Shown here: positions 38,651 to 47,870 of the stretch, one piece after another
Position numbering within the stretch: the first letter of the stretch is position 1
Layout: every line of letters starts with the position of its first letter
From: Candidatus Caldarchaeum sp.
GTDB lineage: Archaea; Thermoproteota; Nitrososphaeria_A; Caldarchaeales; Caldarchaeaceae
DNA length: 64,000 bases
Direction: 5' to 3'
NCBI GenBank assembly: GCA_038885755.1
Contig: JAVZZH010000002.1
Coordinates: 32,001 to 96,000 of the forward strand
Notes under the pieces: model-generated
What the model saw: the letters and a program-made list of their open reading frames with translations, nothing else
Told to the model about the DNA's origin: nothing
The model's database searches: none
Translations under genes and position numbers: made by a program

Positions 38651-39673
38651 GTGAAAGCCGCGGTTTTCAGGGGGGCTGGGCAGTCTCTGGAAATAGCTGA
38701 CGTAGAGGCTCCGAAGATTGGTTATGGAGAGGTTTTGGTGAAGGTGTCGGCGTGCGGCATCTGCGCCACAGACCTACATTATCTCCATGGGGTACCTACT
38801 TTCAAGAAACCCCCTCTAATACTTGGACATGAGATCTCTGGAACAGTGGCGGAGGTCGGAGAGGGCGTCAGAGGGTTCAGTGTTGGAGAACAGGTGCTCG
38901 TTCCACCGGTTATCTCATGTGGGCTGTGTCTAAGATGTCTTGAAGGCCGCGACAACATATGCGAGAACATGCAGATGGTCGGCAACCATATCGACGGCGG
39001 GTTCGCCGAATACGTCAAAGCACCTGCCAGAAACCTTGTCCGTCTGCCTGAAAGCCTGCCTTTAAGAGAGAGCTCAATAATCTCCGACGCCGTCTCAACA
39101 CCCTACCATGCTGTGAAGAACAGAGGAGCTGTCCGGGGTGGAGAATGGGTGGCTGTCTTCGGATGCGGAGGGGTTGGGATAAACGCCGTCCAAATAGCAT
39201 CTGCGTTAGGGGGGTTGGTGATAGCAGTCGACATAGACGACCGCAAGCTCCAGCTCGCCAAACAGCTGGGCGCAGTCGAGACCATAAACTCGAGGGAGTC
39301 GGATCCGGTAAAAAATATTCAAAAAATAGTCGGAGGCGGGGTTGACGTCGCCTTCGAGGTTGTTGGCAAGCCGACGACGCTTGAACAGGCTTTAAGCACG
39401 GTAAGGCCTGGCGGAAAGCTTGTCGTAGTGGGCTACAGCGCCGAAACATGGAGCATGAGGGTCAGCAGGCTCATGTTCAGAGAAATAACCGTGGTCGGCT
39501 CGCTTGGATGCAGGCTAGCCGAATACCCTGCTCTTTTGAACATGGTGAAGACGGGGAAGATAAAACTTGAGCCGGTGATATCAGACAGGCTGAGGCTGGA
39601 GGAGGTTAATGAGGCTCTTAAACGGCTGGAGGAGGGAAAGACCGTCGGACGGCAGATAATCGTCGTCAGCTGA
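38651..39673 (+). CDS. had: Zn-dependent alcohol dehydrogenase, probable 6-hydroxycyclohex-1-ene-1-carbonyl-CoA dehydrogenase (Had/BamQ/BzdX)
   Basis: CGICATDLHY..GVPT, LGHEISG, CGLCLRC...C, GNHIDGGFA, DAVSTPY, RLMF, GC; sits between oah and dch. Confidence 0.8.
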   Translation: MKAAVFRGAGQSLEIADVEAPKIGYGEVLVKVSACGICATDLHYLHGVPTFKKPPLILGHEISGTVAEVGEGVRGFSVGEQVLVPPVISCGLCLRCLEGRDNICENMQMVGNHIDGGFAEYVKAPARNLVRLPESLPLRESSIISDAVSTPYHAVKNRGAVRGGEWVAVFGCGGVGINAVQIASALGGLVIAVDIDDRKLQLAKQLGAVETINSRESDPVKNIQKIVGGGVDVAFEVVGKPTTLEQALSTVRPGGKLVVVGYSAETWSMRVSRLMFREITVVGSLGCRLAEYPALLNMVKTGKIKLEPVISDRLRLEEVNEALKRLEEGKTVGRQIIVVS

Positions 39674-39687
39674 GGGGCTGCATCGCC

Positions 39688-40464
39688 ATGACACAATCCT
39701 TCAAAACAATAACCATAGACTTTAAGGATAGAGTGTCGACAATCACCCTCACCAGCCCACCCCTCAACATCATCAACATCCAGATGATGGACGAGCTTTC
39801 CGAAGCCCTTGGAAAACTTGCAACAAACACTGAGCTGGCAGCACTAGTAGTCAAATCAGGTGTAGACGGCGTTTTCAGCGCCGGAGCAGACGTTAGAGAA
39901 CATCTTCCCGAGAAGGCTGAGCAGCTGATAAGAAAGTTCGAAAACCTCATTATGAAGCTGTTCAGCTTCCCAGCCCCAACCATATGCGTTGTTGATGGAA
40001 GATGCCTCGGCGGTGGAATGGAGCTGGCTATGGTGTGCGACTTTGTGGTCGCGTCGGAGGCAGCTGAGTTTGGACAGCCTGAGATTAAGGTCGGAGTCTT
40101 CCCCCCGGTCGCGGCCGCACTCTATCCAAGGCTGACAAGCCTCAAAAACGTACAAACACTGATACTGTTGGGAAAGACAGTAAAGGCGGCCGAGGCAAAA
40201 CAGCTGGGTCTTGTGAACGAGGTTGTTGAAAAACAGCGGCTTGAAGAGGTTCTGAAATCTTTCACGGACCAGCTGCTGGCAAACAGCAGCGCTGTTATGA
40301 GATATGCAAAGAGAGCGGTCCTCAGCTCGCTGGAGCTGTCTTTTGAACAAGCCTTGGCAAAAGCTTCCGACCTTTATCTGAACGAGTTGATGAAGACAGA
40401 AGACGCTGTAGAAGGTCTCAAAGCATTTCTCGAGAAACGGAGACCTCTCTGGAGACATAGATAA
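39688..40464 (+). CDS. dch: Cyclohexa-1,5-diene-1-carbonyl-CoA hydratase (Dch/BamR)
   Basis: PPLNI, FSAGADVREHLP, GRCLGGGMEL, GQPEIKVGVFPPVAA, LYLNELM.TEDAVEGL.AFLEKR. Confidence 0.85.
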   Translation: MTQSFKTITIDFKDRVSTITLTSPPLNIINIQMMDELSEALGKLATNTELAALVVKSGVDGVFSAGADVREHLPEKAEQLIRKFENLIMKLFSFPAPTICVVDGRCLGGGMELAMVCDFVVASEAAEFGQPEIKVGVFPPVAAALYPRLTSLKNVQTLILLGKTVKAAEAKQLGLVNEVVEKQRLEEVLKSFTDQLLANSSAVMRYAKRAVLSSLELSFEQALAKASDLYLNELMKTEDAVEGLKAFLEKRRPLWRHR

Positions 40465-40567
40465 AGGTCTGTTCCGTTATCCGGCTCGGTTTTTAGACAA
40501 TATGATTCTCATGGTTTTTGGAAACGATTTCTGGAGAAATAAATAAAACCCCATACTTTCATTTACT

Positions 40568-41476
40568 ATGAAGCAGAAAGTAACTACTTTGAAACAGGCT
40601 GTTGAGACGTTTATCCAAGACGGATGCTCACTGGCCCTATGTCTGAGCTTAGAGCACGCCATCCCCTTCGCCGCCGTCCATGAAATAATAAGGCAGGGAA
40701 AGCGCAACCTCACCCTGATAGGCCCGATCTCTGACGCCGCCTTCGACCAGTTGGTTGGCGCAGGATGTGCTTCGAAGGTGATGGCTGCATGGGTAGGCAA
40801 CGTATCCTACGGCATTGGCTACTGCTTCAGCAGAGCATATGAGAAGGGGCGTGTAAAAATGATAGACTACTCCAACCTCAGCATCGCTTCAGCCATCTTG
40901 GCCGCCGCCCTTGGAATCCCGTTTATACCGACGAAAACGTTGATAGGCTCAGACATTCTTGAAGGGCTTGTGGCCGAAGGCTTGGCCAAGCTGTCTGAAT
41001 GCCCCTTCACCGGTGAGGTGGTTGTTCTTCTCAAAGCCGTCAAGCCTGACGTCGCGGTGGTCCACGTCCAGAGATGCGACGATAAAGGATATGCGCAAAT
41101 GTGGGGGAACCTCGGGATAGTTAGGGAGGCATGTCAGGCAGCCGATAAAGTGATGGTGACAACTGAGGAGGTGGTCGACCATGAAACCATAACCCTCGAC
41201 CCGAACTCCGTCATATGCCCGCCGTACAAAGTAGCTGCAGTCTGTCAGGTTAGATACGGAGCCCATCCATCCCCTCTGGCAGGATATTACAACAGAGACC
41301 ACAACTTTTTCAGAGAATACTACGAGATGAGCAAGACGCCGGAAGGTTTTAGGAAATGGCTGGAGAAATGGGTTCTGTCTGTCGGGAGCAGGGATGAATA
41401 CCTGAAGAATGTCGAGCTTGACAGAATCAGGGTTGCTAAACCTTTAGAGGCTGGGGCGAGGCTGTATGGCTACTGA
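40568..41476 (+). CDS. gctA: Family I CoA-transferase alpha subunit (glutaconate CoA-transferase-like)
   Basis: IPFAAVHEIIRQG, DQLVGAGC, GIPFIPT..LIGSD, PDVAVVHVQR.D..G, GAHPS...GYY.RD. Confidence 0.88.
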   Translation: MKQKVTTLKQAVETFIQDGCSLALCLSLEHAIPFAAVHEIIRQGKRNLTLIGPISDAAFDQLVGAGCASKVMAAWVGNVSYGIGYCFSRAYEKGRVKMIDYSNLSIASAILAAALGIPFIPTKTLIGSDILEGLVAEGLAKLSECPFTGEVVVLLKAVKPDVAVVHVQRCDDKGYAQMWGNLGIVREACQAADKVMVTTEEVVDHETITLDPNSVICPPYKVAAVCQVRYGAHPSPLAGYYNRDHNFFREYYEMSKTPEGFRKWLEKWVLSVGSRDEYLKNVELDRIRVAKPLEAGARLYGY

Positions 41477-42206
41477 CAGCTTCACAGCACGTGAGATGAT
41501 GGTGGTCTCGGCAGCCCGCATGATCAAGAACCGGGACATCGTTTTCGTCGGCATGCGTCTACCCTTGCTTGCCTTCAGTCTAGCCAAAAACCTATGGGCC
41601 GCTGAAGCAGTGGCACTGTATGAGGCTGGTATAATGCGGGAAAAACATTGCGGCGAATATGTTCACACAATGTGCGACCTACCTCTCCAGACGCAGGCTT
41701 CATGGCTTACGGGGCTTGTAGAAGTAATGTCCTGCCTTCAACGGGGTGAGGTGGATGTTGGAATAATAGGCGGAGCTCAGATAGACGTATGTGGAAACAT
41801 CAACAGCACCTTAGTGAAGACGGCAAGCGGTGTCAGAAGGTTGCCTGGAAGCGGAGGCGCATGCGACATCGCTGTTTTCGTAAAAAAACTAATCGTGATG
41901 ATGCCGCTGGAGTCTAGGAGACTGGCCTCGAAGGTCGACTACATAACATCCCCCTCTGTCTGCGGTAGAAATGGACGGAAACAGTTCAAGGACATCTACT
42001 TGGTCACGGACAAAACGGTGCTTTCGGTGGATGGCTCAAAATTTACAGTCGTCGCGCGTTATCGTGGGGTTAGCATAGAAGACATCATGGACCATGTGGG
42101 CGGACTAGTTACAGAACTGGCTGAAGCCCCTATTCAGCAGCCACCTACAGAAGAAGAGCTTAAAACGTTAAGAGCATTGGACAGAGAAGGATTTTGGACA
42201 CGTTAA
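41466..42206 (+). CDS. gctB: Family I CoA-transferase beta subunit
   Basis: EMMVVSAAR, FVGMRLP, LYEAG (catalytic Glu), GGAQID..GNINST, RLPGSGGACDIA, VDYITSP. Confidence 0.88.
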   Translation: MATDSFTAREMMVVSAARMIKNRDIVFVGMRLPLLAFSLAKNLWAAEAVALYEAGIMREKHCGEYVHTMCDLPLQTQASWLTGLVEVMSCLQRGEVDVGIIGGAQIDVCGNINSTLVKTASGVRRLPGSGGACDIAVFVKKLIVMMPLESRRLASKVDYITSPSVCGRNGRKQFKDIYLVTDKTVLSVDGSKFTVVARYRGVSIEDIMDHVGGLVTELAEAPIQQPPTEEELKTLRALDREGFWTR

Positions 42207-42502
42207 TCAAATAGCGGCAGACGGGCAGCTGGCAACCATCGCGTCATCCCTTAAAGAGAAGGTTCAGAGCTTCCAGCGGAGAAGTGGAGAGGGAGGTGGG
42301 GATAGCGGAGGTTGAGCTCATGGGCAGGAGAGGGGGACTGACACTGAGCTTTGGAGAGAAAGAGAGAGAAACAGCATTCTAACTGAAAGATAGGACAAAG
42401 AGGCTGGAAAAACATAGCAGCTGGATAACGCTAATACACAACACGTCAATAAAGTTAACAGTAACGACGTGTTCAACGAACATTGGACGACCCGTCCAGC
42501 GT

Positions 42503-42608
42503 TTAAAGCCTTTTTCGGCGAAGATGGATAGGATGACCGAATAATTTCTATAAATTTGTCGCCATAACTGGAGGGTTGAACATCTTTCGGATGAAAACCC
42601 AGAGCAGC
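42503..42608 (+). repeat. Deleted duplicate of the moaD-operon promoter and an internal moaD segment
   Basis: 42503-42559 matches 35295-35351 (52/57); 42573-42608 matches 35534-35569 (34/36). Confidence 0.85.
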
Positions 42609-42656
42609 CCAGACGGTCGTATTCCAGACACTATCTTCATGTTGTTTAACCACTTG

Positions 42657-43826
42657 TCAATCGAACATAATCGATTCAGCGAATGTTTCAAGCATTGTTC
42701 TCACATGTTCAAAGCTTGATGTAGACTCCTCGTATTCGAGATGCAGGTAGGGGATGTTGTGTTCGTCTAAAACGGTCTTGTATATCATGTAGTCGTAGAG
42801 CGCTGGCTCGCAGAACTTGGGAGTTATGAAGACGACGCCTTCAGCCTTAGTTGCTTTAACAAGCTTAAGAATGTAGCTATGTTTGTCGACTGAGGGGTTG
42901 TATCTGACGGTTAATGGCTCCTGTTGTTTGACATAGGCTTGAGCTAAAGTTCTTAAGGGGTTTTCACCATCTTTTACCTCTATCTCGCCTATCCACCGAG
43001 CTCCTATCAAAACCTCGTCCGAGACGATGTAGCATCCCGCGTCCTCGATTGTCTTCATGAACATTAAAGGAGGTTGTTCGCAGAAGTCGCCCATAACGAT
43101 AACTCTCACTCTGTCCGCGGGCCTTACCTCTCTTGAACGAACTTCGTCCAAAAACCTCTCTAAGAGCGGGAGGTATTTTTCGACGGGCATGAACTGGCCG
43201 GCTCTCACCGCCAAATAGTATTCATGATAGGGTAGGAGCCAAGGTTTTTCGCGTCTCAGCTCGTTAAGGATGTTAAGCATCCTTCTCTTCTTGTTGTAGA
43301 GCTTGATCGCCTCCACCAGCTTCTCTTGCTCGAACTTTTTCCCCGAAACTCTTTCAAGACCTTCGACGATCCTTCTATAGTCTTGCTCAAGATAAGTTAT
43401 CGCGCTCTCGGAAACGTTGTTGATGGGGTAGTGGATGTAATCCATGTGGATTTTGTCGCCGAAGTTGCGCATCATTATGCCGGAAAGGTTTCGTGCAACG
43501 TCGCATATATTGGAGAATATCAGGGCGTCAAAGACGTTGAGCAGCCCTTGGGCAGCTAGCTGGAAAACGCTTTTTGTTATGCTGCAGACAAATGACTGGG
43601 TGTGGGCTGTCGCTATGTCGAGGGGGAGTCTACCAGAAGCTCCTAAGAGGTTGATGGGGATCATGTTAAGAACATGGGCAAGCTCCTCTGGAAAGTAGAC
43701 GGGGAAATAGCCAAGGGCTTTCCAGCCTAGCCTTCGCCTCCACTCCCTTACATGGTTAAACGTTGTGTAGGAATCTTCTACGACTTCCTCGAAGGTTTGG
43801 ATTGTTTCTTGCTTGGCTTCTGTCAA
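42657..43826 (-). CDS. bcrC: Class I benzoyl-CoA reductase subunit C (BcrC/BadD type)
   Basis: GYFPVYFPEEL, QSFVCSI, ICDVARNLSG, GDFCEQPPL, GCYIV.D, EGVVF..PKFCEPAL, TFAESI. Confidence 0.88.
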   Translation of the reverse strand: MTEAKQETIQTFEEVVEDSYTTFNHVREWRRRLGWKALGYFPVYFPEELAHVLNMIPINLLGASGRLPLDIATAHTQSFVCSITKSVFQLAAQGLLNVFDALIFSNICDVARNLSGIMMRNFGDKIHMDYIHYPINNVSESAITYLEQDYRRIVEGLERVSGKKFEQEKLVEAIKLYNKKRRMLNILNELRREKPWLLPYHEYYLAVRAGQFMPVEKYLPLLERFLDEVRSREVRPADRVRVIVMGDFCEQPPLMFMKTIEDAGCYIVSDEVLIGARWIGEIEVKDGENPLRTLAQAYVKQQEPLTVRYNPSVDKHSYILKLVKATKAEGVVFITPKFCEPALYDYMIYKTVLDEHNIPYLHLEYEESTSSFEHVRTMLETFAESIMFD

Positions 43827-44623
43827 CCTGCTTGATACCCCCTTTTCTTCATCAGCCTTCTAAAGCCTAGCACAGCAGCTCCTACTGCGCCTGCGTAAAA
43901 GAGCTGGGGTGAAACATTTGGCTTAAGGTTTAGTTTTTCTTCCAACACCTTGGGTATCGCTGGGTTTAGAACGAGCCCGCCTGTTATGGTTAGCTCAGGC
44001 TCCACCCCGATCTGTTTCAATGTGACCAGCACTCTTCCAGCCACGGATAGGTGGGCCCCCATCAAAATATCTTCCAATGGAACCTCCTGCGTCATCAGGT
44101 TTATCACCTCTGACTCGGCGAAGACCGAGCACACGGTTGATATCGGGACAGGGTTTTTGGATGAGAGGGCGATGACACCTATATCGGCTACGTCGAACCC
44201 AGTATAGTATGCGATTTTCTCTAGGAAGCCTCCACCTCCCGCCGCACATTTCTCAGTAGACCTGAACTTGACGACCTTCCCCTTCTCATCTACCTTAGCG
44301 GCTCTAGAGTTTCCAGCGCCTATGTCCAAGACTGATTTTGTTCCGGGGTAGAAGAACTTTGCACCCCTACTGTTTGCAGTTATGTCCGTCACGTTTATGT
44401 CTCTAAAGTCCACCCTGTATCTTCCAAAGCCTGTGGCCACAATGTATTCGACGTCTCCGCTTCTAAGGCCTAACTCGTTGAGCGAGGCGTTGAAGAGCTG
44501 CTTGGCCGTGTTGTTGAAGTCGAAGGATGTTTTAGCAGTTTTCGTCAAAAGAATTTTCCCACCGTCCTCTATGAAAGCTATCTTGGTGTTTCTTGTTCCA
44601 ACATCTATTCCAACGGTGATCAT
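43823..44623 (-). CDS. bcrD: Benzoyl-CoA reductase ATP-binding electron-activation subunit (BcrD/BzdP-like)
   Basis: MITVGIDVG (ATG 44623), ATGFGR, LDIGAG, KCAAGGGGFLE.IA.Y, STVCSVFAESEVIN, ITGG. Confidence 0.82.
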   Translation of the reverse strand: MITVGIDVGTRNTKIAFIEDGGKILLTKTAKTSFDFNNTAKQLFNASLNELGLRSGDVEYIVATGFGRYRVDFRDINVTDITANSRGAKFFYPGTKSVLDIGAGNSRAAKVDEKGKVVKFRSTEKCAAGGGGFLEKIAYYTGFDVADIGVIALSSKNPVPISTVCSVFAESEVINLMTQEVPLEDILMGAHLSVAGRVLVTLKQIGVEPELTITGGLVLNPAIPKVLEEKLNLKPNVSPQLFYAGAVGAAVLGFRRLMKKRGYQAG

Positions 44624-44624
44624 T

Positions 44625-45440
44625 TCACCATCCTCCGACGGATACCAGCTGGCTTGCCTTAACCTTCTCCAGACCGAATAATGCGGCACCTATCGCTCCA
44701 CAGTACACTGTTAGGCTTGAGGTGTTTATCTCCATGTTAAGCTGTTCCTTCAAACATTTGACCATCCCGATGTTCTGCGAAACCCCTCCCGTGAACGTTA
44801 GCTCAGGCTCTATCCCAACTCTACGCAGCAATCCTATAGACCTTATCGCCATGGAGGTGTGGACACCGTATAGAACGTCTTCGATGCTGTTCCCCCACGC
44901 AAGCTGCTCCATCGTCTCGGTTTCGGCGAAGACAGCGCATGTGCTTGATATTTTGACAGGTTTCCTACCCTTGAGCGAAAGCTCTCCTACCTCACTCAGG
45001 GTTAGGCCGAGAGCTTTCGCAGCGCCTTCAATGAACCTTCCCGTTCCCGCGGCGCATTTATCGTTCATGCAGAAGTCAACCACCTCCCCTCTGTCGTTTA
45101 TCCTGATTGCTTTCGTGTCCTGACCGCCCATGTCGAGGACTGTTCTTGTTTTTGGAAACAGGTAGTGTGCGCCTCTGGCGTGACAGCTTATCTCTGTTAC
45201 CTGCATGTTGCCAAACGTTATGTTATATCTTCCGTAGCCGGTGCCGACTAGGATGGAGACCTCTTCCTCAGATATGCCGGCTTTCTTAAGGACCTCGCTG
45301 AACGCTTTTTTCGCCGCCTCGTTTATCCTAATGCCTGTCATCAGTATCGAGGTGGCTACGAGCCTTCCGCTCTCATCAATTATTGCGGCTTTGGTGTATG
45401 TAGAGCCTGCATCAACCCCGGCTGAATAGATCTTCGCCAT
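44625..45440 (-). CDS. bcrA: Benzoyl-CoA reductase ATP-binding subunit (short BcrA/BzdQ-like)
   Basis: GVDAGSTYTK, GTGYGR, EISCHARGA, LDMGGQDTK, MNDKCAAGTGRF, SSTCAVFAE, FTGGV. Confidence 0.82.
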   Translation of the reverse strand: MAKIYSAGVDAGSTYTKAAIIDESGRLVATSILMTGIRINEAAKKAFSEVLKKAGISEEEVSILVGTGYGRYNITFGNMQVTEISCHARGAHYLFPKTRTVLDMGGQDTKAIRINDRGEVVDFCMNDKCAAGTGRFIEGAAKALGLTLSEVGELSLKGRKPVKISSTCAVFAETETMEQLAWGNSIEDVLYGVHTSMAIRSIGLLRRVGIEPELTFTGGVSQNIGMVKCLKEQLNMEINTSSLTVYCGAIGAALFGLEKVKASQLVSVGGW

Positions 45441-45442
45441 TT

Positions 45443-46726
45443 CTACATCCCTTTCCTGACGGATAGGCTTTCGAAGAATGCGTCAACCCTGTTTTTAAGC
45501 TGGGCCTCGCTGTAGTACCTTGGGTCAACGTGGTCTGACTCGATGTGAAGAGCTGGGACGTCTAACTGTTTTATCAAGTATTCCCTTATGTCGCCGTGTC
45601 CCATGGAGAATGAGCGGCAGCTCTTAATCGAGTGAATGACAACCCCGTCAGCGCTGTATTCTTGTACATATCTACGGATAAGGTCTTTCCGCATAACCAT
45701 GTTCCAGTTACAGTATGCGTGAATCATGTATTCTGCGAGTGATTCTAAAGGCTTGTCGGGGTTGAGTCTGAAAACGTCAACGTCGGCCATCCCCGCCACC
45801 TTCGGATATGTTGAGGCAACGCATCTAGAGTTCCAAGCCTTGAACAGGTTCCAGAAGCGTTTGAAGAATGGATAGTTGGGAACCCCCTCGAAAACAAGTC
45901 TGAATCTCTCTTCAGGCGTAGGGCCTAACCCTTTCTCATAACGTTCCTGAAGCTCTTTTAAAAGGTAGGCGTAGAAATCAACGCATTCCCTGCTCCCTCT
46001 TAACAGTGTTATCGCTGACATGTAGTAGATTGCTTCGAAGTAGGCGTCGAGCGGCGACGGCTTCAGCTTACCCATGTGGAGGCATTTCTTCCAAAGCTCC
46101 CATGCTTCAGCAGACAACCTAACATACTCTTTCAGCTTCTCCTCATCATACCTGACTCCCGTGAACTGCTCCAGCTTTGGAATGAGCTCCTCAAGCTGGG
46201 ATGAAACATAGTTTATGTCGTGTTTGGGAACGCTGCCGTTGTAGTTTCTGACGTAGGGGACGTCTACGGTGAAGACAGGTGTCTTCGTGATGTACTGGTA
46301 CTGCTCCCACCAGTGTATGTAGATCTGGCAACCTGAGTATGTCAGCATAGCCATGTCCGGCGTCGGTATGTACCCTATCGGGGTTTGCCCTTTGTTGAGG
46401 ACTGTAGCCACCCCCATCTTGACATATCCACAGCAGTCCGTTGAGTAGCCGAACTCCTCGGACAAGCCGATGAGGGAAGGGGCGCTGCCTTTGTAGGAGA
46501 TTTGCAGCGATGTTATCTCGGGGTAGACTGGGGCTATGTTGAAGACTCTTAGAAGCTCTATGGGGTTTGCCATGACGAAGCAGTAGGCTACCTTCCCCCC
46601 GCCCGCCTTTACATCCCTAACCCAGCTGTAGTATTGTTTCACAAGTTCCCCTTGGAGCTGTTTCGCCCTGTCGAGCCCGGCCTCCTCGGCCGTGGGGCGG
46701 GTTGGTGACGTTGACAGGGTCGTCAT
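45443..46726 (-). CDS. bcrB: Class I benzoyl-CoA reductase catalytic subunit B (BcrB/BadE type)
   Basis: DCCGYVK, PDM..LTYSGC, PSPLDAYF..IYY, RLVFEG.PN, ASTY.KV.G, HSIKSCRSFS, IESD.VDPRYYS.A..KNR. Confidence 0.88.
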   Translation of the reverse strand: MTTLSTSPTRPTAEEAGLDRAKQLQGELVKQYYSWVRDVKAGGGKVAYCFVMANPIELLRVFNIAPVYPEITSLQISYKGSAPSLIGLSEEFGYSTDCCGYVKMGVATVLNKGQTPIGYIPTPDMAMLTYSGCQIYIHWWEQYQYITKTPVFTVDVPYVRNYNGSVPKHDINYVSSQLEELIPKLEQFTGVRYDEEKLKEYVRLSAEAWELWKKCLHMGKLKPSPLDAYFEAIYYMSAITLLRGSRECVDFYAYLLKELQERYEKGLGPTPEERFRLVFEGVPNYPFFKRFWNLFKAWNSRCVASTYPKVAGMADVDVFRLNPDKPLESLAEYMIHAYCNWNMVMRKDLIRRYVQEYSADGVVIHSIKSCRSFSMGHGDIREYLIKQLDVPALHIESDHVDPRYYSEAQLKNRVDAFFESLSVRKGM

Positions 46727-46781
46727 CGATGTCTATGCCGGCGTTTCAATTATATACTTTCGGACTAATTTCTATAAATTA

Positions 46782-47702
46782 TCAACGCCTACGCATCAGA
46801 AAACCCATGTATCCCTGCACACTTATTCTTAAAAGCCTGTTCAGCAGGATGTCTCTGACATAGCTGTCTAGCCCGTTCAAGCCAACCCCGTGTCTCTCAA
46901 GAAGTTTTTTACGCAGTCTTTCAGCTATGGCGTTTGCTCCCAGCCCCTCGTCGAGCATACGTCCTATCTCGTCCCGCCACGTCGTTATAGACGCTCTCTC
47001 TTCTTCAAACAGTTGGCTGTCAACTTGTTTGATGCCGAAGTGAGGCGTGTAGAGTGTCGTGGGTTTTAAGCTTCTTATCTTGTCAAGGCTCTGTAGCGCT
47101 GAGTCGACGTCGTAGAATGGCGGGCTGGCGGGCGGCAGGGGGAATGGCAGGGCTGGATGTCTGACGCACATGGCGTCGCCCGTGAAGACCGAGCCCTCTT
47201 CCTCCAAGTAAAGTGAGATGTGGCCTGGCGCATGCCCCGGCGTGAACAGCACCTCCAGCCTGACGTCGCCCAGCTCGTAGCTTTCTTCCTTAACAGGCTC
47301 GATTCTCTCGGGCTGTATCGGCTGCAGGCCTCCGATGTAGTGTGCTATGTCTTCTCCGAAAGCTGCCAGCGCTGCGTCAACAAGCCTCGACGGATCGATC
47401 AACGTTCTCACAGCAGCTTCATGCACCATAAGCTGAGCGTTAGGCATGTTCTGCAGCGCTGTGTGAGAGCCGCCGGCGTGGTCTAGGTGGAAATGGGTTA
47501 GAAAAACATACTTCACGTCGCTGAGTTTGACGCCGAGCTCACGTAAACCGTTCAATACAAAGCTCCATGAAGTCGAGTATCCGACGTCGACCAGAGCAGC
47601 TCCATCGCCTCCTCTAACCACGTAAGAGGCCACAGCACCCTTTGAGCCGTACCCGTGTGTGTCGATGACTGCTACATGCCTGCTGGCCCAGCTGCCCGAC
47701 AT
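46782..47702 (-). CDS. Metallo-beta-lactamase-fold hydrolase
   Basis: LTHFHLDHAGG, TPGHAPGH, FTGDA, PHFG. Confidence 0.9.
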   Translation of the reverse strand: MSGSWASRHVAVIDTHGYGSKGAVASYVVRGGDGAALVDVGYSTSWSFVLNGLRELGVKLSDVKYVFLTHFHLDHAGGSHTALQNMPNAQLMVHEAAVRTLIDPSRLVDAALAAFGEDIAHYIGGLQPIQPERIEPVKEESYELGDVRLEVLFTPGHAPGHISLYLEEEGSVFTGDAMCVRHPALPFPLPPASPPFYDVDSALQSLDKIRSLKPTTLYTPHFGIKQVDSQLFEEERASITTWRDEIGRMLDEGLGANAIAERLRKKLLERHGVGLNGLDSYVRDILLNRLLRISVQGYMGFLMRRR

Positions 47703-47870
47703 TCCAAAAACAGCTGCCGCCGACCAGGTTATTTAGCTGTCAAACGTAATTATAGAAGTATAGCTGGCCAGTTTCCTGTCTAGGTTTATGTCTCGCATGC
47801 ACCATCTATTTATATAAATAGGCATCTAACGAATATTATCAATCGTTTTTGTTTAGAACTAGGTTTTTGG

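Noticed and set aside
42440-42473. Inverted repeat AACACGTC-N18-GACGTGTT between gctB and bcrC
   Set aside because: An 8-bp stem with a long loop and no U-tract is too weak to call a terminator or ncRNA.
42657-46726. 2-hydroxyacyl-CoA dehydratase plus activator (amino-acid fermentation)
   Set aside because: Two different activase genes, BcrB/BcrC-specific motifs and adjacent dch/had/oah favour benzoyl-CoA reductase.
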